A stretch of 64,000 nt of DNA. It comes from a bacterium (lineage in GTDB: Bacteria; UBA8248; JACPRG01; G963555815). The stretch spans positions 1,248,001-1,312,000 of the forward strand of contig OZ244653.1 in assembly GCA_965218795.1 (NCBI GenBank), written 5' to 3'. This document shows, in pieces, positions 38,535 to 48,311 of this stretch (positions are counted from its first letter, which is position 1; each line of letters opens with the position of its first letter). Made by a program: the position numbers and the translations under genes. The notes beneath the pieces are model-generated. The model ran no database searches and was not told the DNA's origin. It saw only the letters and a program-made list of their open reading frames with translations.

Positions 38535-39278
38535 ATGCCCAAAGGCATCCGGCACCACATCCGAACGGTCGTCATCGCGGGTCTGCTGGTCATCATCCCG
38601 ATCTGGATCACCTTCATGCTTCTCCAGTTCCTGGCGGTGCGCCTGGACGGTGTCTTGGGCTCCTATGTTCCCGAGTTCTTCAAATTTTTCGGCTACCAAG
38701 TCCAGGAGATTCCCGGTTTGGGAATCATCATCATGATCGTGGCGATCTACTTTATCGGCTTGTTGGCCCGCAACCTGTTCGGCAGGCAGATTGTCAGCAT
38801 GACCGAGCGGGTGCTGGGAAAAGTGCCCATCGTCCGGACCGTTTACCTGGCCTCCAAGCAGCTGTTGGAAACGGTGGCCCTTCAGCAGGGCGACGGCTTC
38901 AAGCGAGTCGTTTTGATCGAGTATCCCCGGCGAGGGGTCTACTGTCTTGCCTTCGTCACCTCCGAAGCGGGGGGAGAGGTTCAGGCCCATTCCGGTGATG
39001 AAATCCTGAATGTCTTCGTACCGACCACGCCCAATCCAACTTCCGGCTACCTGGTTTTTTTGTCGAAGAAAGAGATGATCCCACTCGAAATGAGCATCGA
39101 AGAAGGGATCAAGTATGTGGTTTCCGGCGGATTTGTCGTTCCGCCTTATGCAGCGACCGAATCGCTGCCCCGAAGCGTTCCGCGAAACGGAGAGAGCGCA
39201 GCCCCAGAGCTTCCGTCCGCTCCCACGAAGGAAGAAACGAGGGCCGTCGATGGCGAAGAGGCTTCTGCTCGTCAATGA
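38535..39278 (+). CDS. DUF502 domain membrane protein
   Basis: GLLVIIPIWIT, VPIVRTVY, EYPRRG, FVPTTPNPTSG. Confidence 0.92.
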   Translation: MPKGIRHHIRTVVIAGLLVIIPIWITFMLLQFLAVRLDGVLGSYVPEFFKFFGYQVQEIPGLGIIIMIVAIYFIGLLARNLFGRQIVSMTERVLGKVPIVRTVYLASKQLLETVALQQGDGFKRVVLIEYPRRGVYCLAFVTSEAGGEVQAHSGDEILNVFVPTTPNPTSGYLVFLSKKEMIPLEMSIEEGIKYVVSGGFVVPPYAATESLPRSVPRNGESAAPELPSAPTKEETRAVDGEEASARQ

Positions 39279-40212
39279 CAGCGTCGCCATTCGGGAAGTT
39301 GTCGAGTTGACGTTTGAAAACTCGGAAATCAATACCCGGACCGTCGCTGCTTTGGAAGAGGCCCTTGAGGCCATGCGTCAGGAATCCGCGGATATCATCG
39401 TAGCGGACGCGGACAAGGCCGAACTGGGAGCATGGGACTTGTGCCGGGAGGTCAAGCAGGACCCCGCGTTGTCATCCATACCCGTCATCCTGTTGACCGG
39501 AGACGAGGATGAATCCTCGCGGCCTACAGACATCACGCCGGACCTGATTCTTCCGAAGCCTTTTGGCTCGGACGATCTGGAACGCGCCGTGGCGTCCCTC
39601 GTCGGAATGGAGTCCGAAGAAGAACCGGTCTCGGATGAAGAGGAGGCCGAGTTCATCATGGAAAACGAAACGAACGGTACGCCGGACATCGGGGTGGAGG
39701 ATGAGAAACCCCTGGATCCGGCGGACCTCGACATGATGCTCGAACCCCTCGAAGAGGGAGGAGTCGTATTTGGCTCCGATGAAGACGAGTTGGGAATGAC
39801 CCCATCTGAGGAACCCACGTCTTCACCTGTCGAAGCGGCGCCTCCGGCGGATCCCGTAGATTTCCCGGAGGAGGATTTTTCGCTTGAAGCCGAAGCCCTT
39901 TCGCCCCCGCCCGCGGAGGAAAATGTCACCCCTCCGGGGGAGGCTGCATCCGCAGCGACCCCACCGGATATCCCTGCGGAAGACCTTCGGTCCGCTATCG
40001 AGTCCGCCGTTCGGCAGGCGGTATCGGAGTCGCTCCAGAGCCTGGAGCCGGACGCGTTGGAGAATCTCATCGCGTCCGGTGTCAGGGAGGCCATCCAGGA
40101 AGCCGCATCGAATTTGACTGGGATGGTGGAGCGCGTCGCTCGGGAGATCGTTCCCGACCTCGCCGAAATCTGGATCCAACGAGAAATTCAGCGACTCAAA
40201 GAAAAGGATTAA
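39250..40212 (+). CDS. Receiver-domain protein with acidic/Pro-rich linker and helical C-terminus (RomR-like)
   Basis: REC domain (VNDS, IIVAD, IPVILLT, KPF), E/D/P-rich disordered middle, C-terminal VERVAREIVPDLAE..IQREIQRL; directly upstream of valS. Confidence 0.75.
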   Translation: MAKRLLLVNDSVAIREVVELTFENSEINTRTVAALEEALEAMRQESADIIVADADKAELGAWDLCREVKQDPALSSIPVILLTGDEDESSRPTDITPDLILPKPFGSDDLERAVASLVGMESEEEPVSDEEEAEFIMENETNGTPDIGVEDEKPLDPADLDMMLEPLEEGGVVFGSDEDELGMTPSEEPTSSPVEAAPPADPVDFPEEDFSLEAEALSPPPAEENVTPPGEAASAATPPDIPAEDLRSAIESAVRQAVSESLQSLEPDALENLIASGVREAIQEAASNLTGMVERVAREIVPDLAEIWIQREIQRLKEKD

Positions 40213-40217
40213 TCCTC

Positions 40218-43055
40218 ATGCTTGACAAGCAGTATGAGCCGCATGCCACAGAAGCGCGTTGGCTCGCCCAATGGCTGAACAGGGGGGCCTTCCACGGAGA
40301 GGACGTTTCCGATCGAGAACCTTTTTCCATCGTGATTCCTCCGCCGAACGTCACCGGCTCCCTCCATATGGGACATGCGCTCAACAATACCCTCCAAGAC
40401 ATACTGACCCGATGGAAGCGGATGGAAGGGTGCAACAGCGCCTGGATCCCGGGAACGGACCACGCTGGGATTGCAACCCAGAATGTCGTGGAACGGTCCC
40501 TGGCGGAAGAGGGATTGGACCGTCGCCGGATTGGCCGCGATGCCTTCATTGAACGTGTCTGGCAGTGGCGCCGGGAATATGGAGACCGCATCCTTCACCA
40601 ACTCCAGCGTATGGGGTGTTCCTGTGACTGGGAGCGGGAACGATTCACCATGGATGAGGGCCTCTCCCGCGCCGTTGTCGAAGCCTTCGTCGCCCTCTAC
40701 GAAGAAGGCTTGATATATAGAGGGGAACGTCTGGTGAATTGGTGCCCGCGCTGCGGCACCGCCCTCTCAGATGTGGAAGTCGAATATGAGGAAGTCGAGG
40801 GGAGGATATGGCATGTCCGATATCCCTCAGCGGACCGGCCCTCCGAGGGTCTGCTCATTGCCACCACCCGGCCGGAGACCATGCTGGGGGATACGGCTGT
40901 GGCCGTTCACCCCGAGGACGAGCGCTACCGGGATTGGGTTGGGCGAGAACTCATCGTCCCCGGCGTGGGACGAACCATCCCGGTGATTGCGGACAGTTAT
41001 GTCTCCAGAGAATTTGGAACGGGGGCGCTCAAGGTCACCCCGGCTCACGACCCGAATGATTTTGAAATAGGCGAGCGGCACCAACTCCCGCGGGTCAAGG
41101 CCCTCACGGCCGACGGACGAATCAGCGAGGACCTGCTGACGGAATCCGGCAGAGATCCGGGCCAAGACCGAGTCGCCGGACTCATCGGGCTCTCGGTCAG
41201 CGAAGCGCGGACGCGCATGGTCCAGATCCTCGATGACTCATCAGCCCTGGGAAAAGAGGAACCTCATCTGCACTCCGTGGGTCATTGCTATCGGTGCCGG
41301 ACCATCGTTGAACCCTTCCTCACGCCTCAATGGTTCGTTCGAACGCAACCCCTCGCAGAGCCGGCCATCCGGGCCGTCGAAGAGGGTCTGATCCGTATCA
41401 TCCCTGAAAGCTGGTCGAAGACGTACTTCGAATGGATGCGGAACATCCGGGATTGGTGCATCTCCCGCCAAATCTGGTGGGGCCACCAGATTCCCGCCTG
41501 GTACTGCCTCCCTTGCAACGAGGGGAATTATGTTACCGCGGGAGGGCAATCCAGCGAAAATCCATCAGACCGCAACGGGAAACAGGAATATGTCTTCCTT
41601 CCGGATGCGGTTCCGATCGTCTCCCGGGACAAACCGCGGAGTTGCCCAACATGCGGCGAAACGGACCTCGTCCGGGACCAGGACGTCCTGGACACCTGGT
41701 TCAGCTCAGGTCTTTGGCCCTTTTCCACTCTCGGCTGGCCTGACGCAACGCCAAGCCTGAAGACCTTCTATCCAACCAGTGTGCTGGTTACGGCTTTTGA
41801 CATCCTCTTTTTCTGGGTGGCCCGGATGATCATGATGGGTTTGAAATTCATGGGAAACGTTCCCTTTCGGGACGTTTACATCCACGCCCTCGTCCGGGAT
41901 GAGCAAGGCCGCAAAATGAGCAAGTCCCTGAAAAACATCATTGATCCGCTCGATATCATCGACCGGTACGGAACCGATGCCTTTCGATTCACGCTCGCCG
42001 CCCTTGCGGCCCAGGGACGTGAGATTCGTTTTCAGCAGGGCCGGATCGAGGGATACCGTAATTTCTGCAATAAGTTGTGGAATGCCGCCCGGTACTGCCT
42101 CAGCCAATTGACAGCCGACCCTGAAGCCGGAAGCGAGGGATCAAGAAAAGCCTCACGGGCGGCAGTTCTTGAAAACGCCCCCTACGTCAAACCGGCTGAT
42201 CGGTGGATACTCAGCTCGTTGACCCATACGACCGCTGCGGTTCGAGAGGCCCTTTCTCGATACCAATTCAACGAAGCCGCCCATGTTGCATATCAATTCG
42301 TCTGGCACAAATTCTGTGACTGGTATTTGGAAGAGACGAAGCCCAGGCTGGCTTCAGGGTCGCAGGAAGAGCAGCGATTCGTCCGGGCCCTTCTCATGGA
42401 GGTTCTGGATTCCGTTGTTCGGCTTCTCCACCCGGTGATGCCTTTCATCACGGAGGAGATATGGTCCAACATCCCGCATGGCTCCGACGACCCGGAACTC
42501 CTGACCCTCGCCCGTTTCCCCCAATGCGACGGGCGCTTCCTCGACGACAGAACCGAAGAGGAAATGGATCTCCTCACGGAGGCCATCGCGGGAATTCGGA
42601 ATATTTTTGGCGAGATGAATATCCGCCTGAGTAAGCCCTACCCCATGATGGTCCGGTTCCAGGACGATTTCGCGGTCCTCGGGAAAAAAATCCTTGAACA
42701 GGAACGACAATTCTTTCTTTCCGCAACCCGAGCCTCCGATTTGAGGACGGTCGAGGATGGGGACGAACGTCCGCCCATGTCGGCGGCGTCCGTTACGAGG
42801 CTGGGAGAGTTCATCGTCGACCTCGAAGGTCTTCTGGACATCGACGCAGAGCGGAAAAGGCTCTCCAAACAACTCAAGACGGCTGAGAAAGACATCGAAA
42901 AACTGCAAAAAAACCTTTCGAACCCTGAATTCAGGGAACGAGCGCCCGCGGATGTCGTGGCAGAAAATGAGGCCCGCCTGGCCGAGCTCGCCGACCGGAC
43001 GGAGCGGCTGGAAGCCCATATGACCCGCCTGAATCAGATGGCTCATCGGGAATAG
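40218..43055 (+). CDS. valS: Valine--tRNA ligase
   Basis: PPPNVTGSLHMGH, DWCISRQIWWGH, KMSKS, C-terminal coiled coil. Confidence 0.98.
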   Translation: MLDKQYEPHATEARWLAQWLNRGAFHGEDVSDREPFSIVIPPPNVTGSLHMGHALNNTLQDILTRWKRMEGCNSAWIPGTDHAGIATQNVVERSLAEEGLDRRRIGRDAFIERVWQWRREYGDRILHQLQRMGCSCDWERERFTMDEGLSRAVVEAFVALYEEGLIYRGERLVNWCPRCGTALSDVEVEYEEVEGRIWHVRYPSADRPSEGLLIATTRPETMLGDTAVAVHPEDERYRDWVGRELIVPGVGRTIPVIADSYVSREFGTGALKVTPAHDPNDFEIGERHQLPRVKALTADGRISEDLLTESGRDPGQDRVAGLIGLSVSEARTRMVQILDDSSALGKEEPHLHSVGHCYRCRTIVEPFLTPQWFVRTQPLAEPAIRAVEEGLIRIIPESWSKTYFEWMRNIRDWCISRQIWWGHQIPAWYCLPCNEGNYVTAGGQSSENPSDRNGKQEYVFLPDAVPIVSRDKPRSCPTCGETDLVRDQDVLDTWFSSGLWPFSTLGWPDATPSLKTFYPTSVLVTAFDILFFWVARMIMMGLKFMGNVPFRDVYIHALVRDEQGRKMSKSLKNIIDPLDIIDRYGTDAFRFTLAALAAQGREIRFQQGRIEGYRNFCNKLWNAARYCLSQLTADPEAGSEGSRKASRAAVLENAPYVKPADRWILSSLTHTTAAVREALSRYQFNEAAHVAYQFVWHKFCDWYLEETKPRLASGSQEEQRFVRALLMEVLDSVVRLLHPVMPFITEEIWSNIPHGSDDPELLTLARFPQCDGRFLDDRTEEEMDLLTEAIAGIRNIFGEMNIRLSKPYPMMVRFQDDFAVLGKKILEQERQFFLSATRASDLRTVEDGDERPPMSAASVTRLGEFIVDLEGLLDIDAERKRLSKQLKTAEKDIEKLQKNLSNPEFRERAPADVVAENEARLAELADRTERLEAHMTRLNQMAHRE

Positions 43056-43439
43056 CCCCGGCTCCACGCCGAAATCTCATGACTTCTTCTCCCGGACGGG
43101 GTTCTACGCAAGAATTCAGATGCATGAAAGTTTTACTTGAGAAATTTCGTGCAATAATCAATAAATCATATTAGCTTTTATATCAAAAACTATTGTAATT
43201 ATGGAAGTTAAATTATCAAGAACATTGAACTTGGAAGAGTTTTCCTTCGCCAGCCTGCCGGGTGGCCGGTTTTTCTTCATGTCTGCTTCTCATCGGAACG
43301 CCATGACGCGCCCCACCTGCTTTTGCAATCAAGGGCATGGCGCGGGCGTCAATGAGGTGGTTCCCGATATCGCGGCTCTCTCCCCTCGAACGCTTCCCTC
43401 CCGCGAAAGAACCCTTCCGGCCGGGATGGAATCTCCCCC

Positions 43440-44222
43440 ATGAGCGGACTCGCCCAACAGATCCGAGACCACCGCTCCATCGGGAAGGATACCCTCCTGT
43501 TCTGCTATGAGTCCGTGGACTCAACGAACGACGAACTCTTTCGGATTTCGAGCTTCCGGGACCTTCCGAACGGGACCGCCGTCCTCGCCGAATCGCAATC
43601 CCGGGGGAAAGGCCGCGCCGGACGGGTCTGGCATTCCCCGCCGGGGCTGGGAATTTACCTCTCCGTCCTGTTCCGTTTGGAGAATCAACCTGCCCCCCTT
43701 CCTCAATTGACCCTTGCGGCAGGTGTATCGGTTTGCAAGACTCTACAGCGAACCACCGGACGGGCCCCCGAACTCAAATGGCCGAATGACGTCCGATACG
43801 GCGGATTGAAGGTCGGGGGTATCCTGACGGAAGCCCAAGCGCATAGCGGAAGCATCCATAACGTGGTCGTCGGGATTGGGGTGAACGTTTCACAGGAGCC
43901 GGAAGATTTCCCAGACGGCATCCGTCCGACTTCGACATCCATCTCTCTGGCGACCGGGCGGACTCCGGACCGTCCCGCTTTGACTGCGGGCCTTCTGGAT
44001 GATTTGGAAACCACCGTGGAACGCTGGCGCGCTGAAGGCTTTTCGTCATTGGCGGATACCTGGAAACGAAACTCTTCAACGATCGGCCGAAGAGTCCGCG
44101 TCTTGATAGAGAACCGGCCGATTGAAGGCATAGCCGCAGCCCTGACGGATGAGGGGGCGCTCATGATTGAAGCGAAGGAAGGCGAGTGGGTCGTGGATAC
44201 GGGGGAGGTCATCGAGCTTTGA
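43440..44222 (+). CDS. birA: Biotin--[acetyl-CoA-carboxylase] ligase (no HTH domain)
   Basis: DSTND, Q..GKGRAGRVWHSP, KWPND, KVGGIL.E, GIGVN. Confidence 0.93.
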   Translation: MSGLAQQIRDHRSIGKDTLLFCYESVDSTNDELFRISSFRDLPNGTAVLAESQSRGKGRAGRVWHSPPGLGIYLSVLFRLENQPAPLPQLTLAAGVSVCKTLQRTTGRAPELKWPNDVRYGGLKVGGILTEAQAHSGSIHNVVVGIGVNVSQEPEDFPDGIRPTSTSISLATGRTPDRPALTAGLLDDLETTVERWRAEGFSSLADTWKRNSSTIGRRVRVLIENRPIEGIAAALTDEGALMIEAKEGEWVVDTGEVIEL

Positions 44223-45010
44223 AGGACAGCCTGCTGCTCGTTATCGACGTCGGCAACACGCACACCGTCGCGGGCTTGTTTCAGGGGTCCGAATTGCTCG
44301 TCCACTGGCGGGTGACCACGCTTCCGGAGCGGACTTCCGATGAGTTTGGAGTATTGCTTCGGGATTTGTTCGGCGAGCGGGGGAATCTGATGCAGCGAGT
44401 GGGCGCCGTCGCCGTCTCCTGTGTCGTTCCGCCTTTCCTGCCGGTCCTGGAAGAAGTTTCCCTCCGCTTTTTCGGCACCCGGCCGCTGGTGGTCGGACCG
44501 GGCGTGAGGACGGGCCTTTCAATCCAGGCCGACAACCCGAGAGAAGTCGGAGCAGACAGGATCGTGAACGCCGTGGCGGGAATAGAGAGATACGGGACTC
44601 CGTTGATCATTGTAGATTTCGGAACTGCCACCACCTTCGATGCCATATCCCGGGAAGGCCATTATGCGGGCGGTGCAATCGCCCCGGGAATTTTCATCTC
44701 TTTGGAGGCTCTTTTTTCGCACGCCGCCAAGCTTCCTCATGTGGAGCTCGTTCGTCCTGAGCGCGCCATCGGGCGAAACACGGTCGCCAGCATGCAATCC
44801 GGAATTCTGTTCGGATACGTTGGTCTCGTCAAAGAGATGGTGACGCGAATACGGAACGAACTGGAGGGTTCACCCCGGGTTATCGCCACGGGCGGAGGGG
44901 CTGAACTGATCGCAAAAGAGACGGAATTAATCGATAAAGTCGATCCGCTGCTTACGATTGAAGGATTGCGGCTGATCCATGAGCGTAACAGGAATCCCGC
45001 TGGACAATGA
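44219..45010 (+). CDS. coaX: Type III pantothenate kinase
   Basis: IDVGNT, EVGADR, VDFGTATT, GGAIAPG, ATGG. Confidence 0.95.
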   Translation: MKDSLLLVIDVGNTHTVAGLFQGSELLVHWRVTTLPERTSDEFGVLLRDLFGERGNLMQRVGAVAVSCVVPPFLPVLEEVSLRFFGTRPLVVGPGVRTGLSIQADNPREVGADRIVNAVAGIERYGTPLIIVDFGTATTFDAISREGHYAGGAIAPGIFISLEALFSHAAKLPHVELVRPERAIGRNTVASMQSGILFGYVGLVKEMVTRIRNELEGSPRVIATGGGAELIAKETELIDKVDPLLTIEGLRLIHERNRNPAGQ

Positions 45011-45133
45011 ATTCACCCCATCCTGAAATGTAAACGAATGGGTGAATGCAGGGGGGGATTATTGCGGCTTCCGAGTCTGCGGGCCGGGGAAAGTGACGGG
45101 TCTTGTCCACATCGGTATTGTCGCCGGTTAAAT

Positions 45134-45888
45134 ATGAACGAATCTAAAAAGGCACGCGAAAAGATCTGGTTGAAGAAACTTCAAGTCAAGGCGGGCCTGG
45201 AATTCGAAGTTATTGAAGAACGGGAGTCGCCAGACTTCTTGATCCAACTTCAAAGCCACATCGTCGGCGTAGAGGTAGCCACCCTTCAACTCGACCAAAA
45301 CAGGAGGGGGCCGTTAAAAGGGTCCGTTCTTCAGGAAAAGTATGTTTTTCAACAACAGATCGTCCATCAAGCACGGAAACTCTACTTTTGTGGAAGAAAC
45401 AGACCGATCAATGCAAACATTTTCTTCATGCCCTCTGGCCGAGAGTCTCTGCAATCGGTCGGTCGCCGCGAATTGGCTCAATCCATAGTCGAAACCCTCC
45501 GCCGAATCAAATTGGAGCCTTGGGAACAACGCCTACTCGACCAGGACTCGGCTCCGGCAGTGCCGTCTCCGGTGGAGTTCATCTATGTCCGTGGTCTACC
45601 AGAAGACATCAGACCCCATGATTGGCAGGTTGTTGCTCCTGGCTGGTCCAGGAGCTTCAGCCTTGTGACGTTAAACCACTCCTGGACAAAAAGAACAGTC
45701 TAATCGGCGATTACCGGAAGACCGTGGCTGAGAACTGGCTTCTGATTGTTGCTGATGGCCGTTGGCCGCACGGGATGTTTCGTACCCCAGAGGGGAATCA
45801 CACAAAACTACCTGCCAGCGAGTTCGATCGAACATTTCTGCTCCGCGAACCTGATCGCTTTTTCGTTGAGTGGCCCGGTGGCGATTAG
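45134..45888 (+). pseudogene. Hypothetical PD-(D/E)XK-like protein split by a -1 frameshift
   Basis: ESPDF..GVEV motif; frame 1 codon TGG (45644-46) and frame 2 codon GTC (45646-48) share one G; the fused product is ~251 aa ending KKN..YR..ENWLLIV..FDRTFLL. Confidence 0.55.
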
Positions 45889-45904
45889 GCTTCAGTTGTA
45901 AATC

Positions 45905-46024
45905 GAGGGCGCGACCGGGAAGCGGTCGAGCTACGGGCCGCTCGCGAGCCTGCTCAACGCCGTCGGCGCAACGCTCAAGCCGAAAGTGTTCTGCGTGGGC
46001 GAGCTCGCCGATCAGGGCGCGTGA
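45905..46024 (+). pseudogene. Fragment resembling the N-terminus of a large type IIG/ISP-like N6-MTase fusion
   Basis: Translates to EGATGKRSSYGPLASLLNAVGATLKPKVFCVGELADQGA*; a GC-rich patch in a lower-GC islet; similarity recalled, not searched. Confidence 0.4.
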
Positions 46025-46035
46025 TAGGGACCAAT

Positions 46036-46851
46036 ATGAACGGCACAGATGACGAATACTTGCAGATCATGCTTGATGCGATCCGAGTCTGTGTGCACTA
46101 CAAGCCGCAATTCGGTCAAGGAGCGAAGGGCGGCGGTTTGACGCTGGAGCAGTTCCGGGACCTCTATCAGGGAGACGCCTTCTATAGCTGGTTCGGGTTG
46201 GATAACCCGATGATGTACGCGGCACACAAGGCGGCCGGAGGCATTACGAGTGTGTACCGGCAGTTCGGAATTGGGTGCGAAAAGTTGTTTCGCAGGGTAG
46301 TGAAAGATTCACTCGAATTGTCAGAAGAAGATGTGACTTGGTCGTATCAGGTCATATTGCCGAGTGGACGAAAGCGAACGCTGTATCTCGACGGGCGGGT
46401 GCCGCTTGAGAAGATCAGTGACAAAGACAAACGTGATCGTTTCCATGGGTGGATGAGCGATTCCGCAAAGATGCTGGATGTTGACCAGAAGGTATTCGAG
46501 AGCTTGACGGGCACGATTTTTGAGAGCCGGCAGGGTTACAAGAGCAAGGACTCGAAGCGGCAGAATGCCGATATCTCCAACGCTGCCACTGCATACACGA
46601 AAGGGTATTCCCCGTGCGCAGTGATCTTGTCGGGACAGATCGACAGTGATGTGCTTTTGCGTTACCGCGCCGAGAAATGGTCGGTTGTGACCGGGATTGT
46701 CGGCGCAATGGATCCGCTGATATCGACGTATGACTTCATACGGAATGTCGTTGGATATGACTTGGCGGCGTTCTTTGAGCGGAATAGCTCTACGCTTCGC
46801 GAGGAGATCGAGACCATTCTGATAACCCTTTTAGCCCCGGAGGCGATATGA
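46036..46851 (+). CDS. Putative type II restriction endonuclease
   Basis: LDG...FESRQGYKSKDSKRQ (PD-(D/E)XK-like); ATGA-coupled to a DNA methyltransferase. Confidence 0.65.
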   Translation: MNGTDDEYLQIMLDAIRVCVHYKPQFGQGAKGGGLTLEQFRDLYQGDAFYSWFGLDNPMMYAAHKAAGGITSVYRQFGIGCEKLFRRVVKDSLELSEEDVTWSYQVILPSGRKRTLYLDGRVPLEKISDKDKRDRFHGWMSDSAKMLDVDQKVFESLTGTIFESRQGYKSKDSKRQNADISNAATAYTKGYSPCAVILSGQIDSDVLLRYRAEKWSVVTGIVGAMDPLISTYDFIRNVVGYDLAAFFERNSSTLREEIETILITLLAPEAI

Positions 46852-48095
46852 GTGCAGTTGCCAGAGAAAAACTCCTCCAAAGAGCGGACTATACGCATAA
46901 ATTCAATGCAAAAACGGGGCGGCATGGCTGGCTACGGCTGACACCGGCGTACTCGGTGAAGATTGTTGAAGAGCTTATGGACCAGTACAAAGAACCGCTG
47001 CGCGTGCTGGACCCGTTTTGTGGAACGGCGACGACAGCGCTGAGTGCGGCGTATCACGGGCACGAAGGCGTGACGATGGATATCAACCCGTTCCTGGTCT
47101 GGATCGGCCAAGCGAAGACGACACAATACTGTGGTGCCTCAATAGCTTCAACACGTGAGGCATGTGCACGGGTGGTTGAGTCGGTGGAGCGGGAAACGGT
47201 TGAGCCAGTGAAAGCGCCGTCCATCCATAACATTGAAAGGTGGTGGTCGCCGGAAGCGCTAGAGTTTCTATGCATGCTGAGGGCCGGTATCGAAGCAGAG
47301 AGTGAGGACAATTCGCCGGAAAGGGCGCTTATGCTGATAGCGTTCTGTAGAACGCTGATCAAACTTTCGAACGCGGCTTTCAATCACCAATCCATGTCTT
47401 TTAAAGATGACGGGCAATTGCAGATCCCGATCGATATCAACATGAGGCACGTGTTTAGCGAAGACGTGCGGTTCGTGGTGGAGGGTGCGAGGGATAATCC
47501 GGAAGGAGTAGGACATGTGATTTTCGGTGATTCCAGGAAGCTGCCGGAGGCGGTAGACGGCCCCTTCGATCTGGTGATTACGTCTCCGCCATATGCAAAC
47601 CGGATGTCGTACATCCGTGAGCTGCGGCCGTATATGTATTGGCTCGGATTTCTGGATAACAGTCGGGACGCTGGCGAGCTGGACTGGACGGCAATCGGTG
47701 GAACATGGGGCGTAGCAACCAGCAGACTGATGGATAGGGAACGTCCAGCGGAGCCATTTAAGCACCCGCTGCTTGATGAGGCATTGGGCGGGATAGCGCA
47801 TTACGACAACAAGAGTGGGAAGATATTGGCGAATTATGTGGCAAGGTATTTCGATGACATGTGGGAGCACTTTAATTCTCTGGTTCCCGTGCTGAGCGAG
47901 GGCAGCGAGGTGCATTACATCGTGGGGAATTCCATGTTCTACGGCGTGCTCCTGTCGGTCGAGAAACTATACGCGGCGATGCTTGAGAGCTTGGGATTTG
48001 AAGGGATCGAGGGCCGCGCGATACGTAAGCGGAATTCAAAGAAAGAGTTGTTTGAGTTCGATGTTTCGGCGCGATGGACCGAGCGGAATCGGTGA
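46848..48095 (+). CDS. DNA methyltransferase, likely N4-methylcytosine, alpha-class motif order
   Basis: Motif I VLDPFCGTATT precedes motif IV VITSPPY. Confidence 0.88.
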   Translation: MSAVAREKLLQRADYTHKFNAKTGRHGWLRLTPAYSVKIVEELMDQYKEPLRVLDPFCGTATTALSAAYHGHEGVTMDINPFLVWIGQAKTTQYCGASIASTREACARVVESVERETVEPVKAPSIHNIERWWSPEALEFLCMLRAGIEAESEDNSPERALMLIAFCRTLIKLSNAAFNHQSMSFKDDGQLQIPIDINMRHVFSEDVRFVVEGARDNPEGVGHVIFGDSRKLPEAVDGPFDLVITSPPYANRMSYIRELRPYMYWLGFLDNSRDAGELDWTAIGGTWGVATSRLMDRERPAEPFKHPLLDEALGGIAHYDNKSGKILANYVARYFDDMWEHFNSLVPVLSEGSEVHYIVGNSMFYGVLLSVEKLYAAMLESLGFEGIEGRAIRKRNSKKELFEFDVSARWTERNR

Positions 48096-48311
48096 AGACG
48101 ACTTACGGATGCAATAGGCTTGCTGTATTGAGACGGTGGTATTCACCTGACAGTCTGACCGTCGGCGCGCGACCGCGAGAGTCGGGCGCGCCGGTGGTGG
48201 CGGCGATGTCCGAGCAACCATCCGCCCAGGGACAGGTTCTCGCCAGACATGACGGATCCGTCCGCTTTCAGGCCGAAGGCAATCCGCGGAAATGATTTGA
48301 TATCTTCCGTA

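Noticed and set aside
43190-43222. BirA operator (bioO)
   Set aside because: Poor match to the consensus, and this BirA lacks the DNA-binding HTH domain.
45880-48300. Integron cassette array (attC sites) around the RM islet
   Set aside because: No convincing RYYYAAC...GTTRRRY palindromes and no integrase seen.
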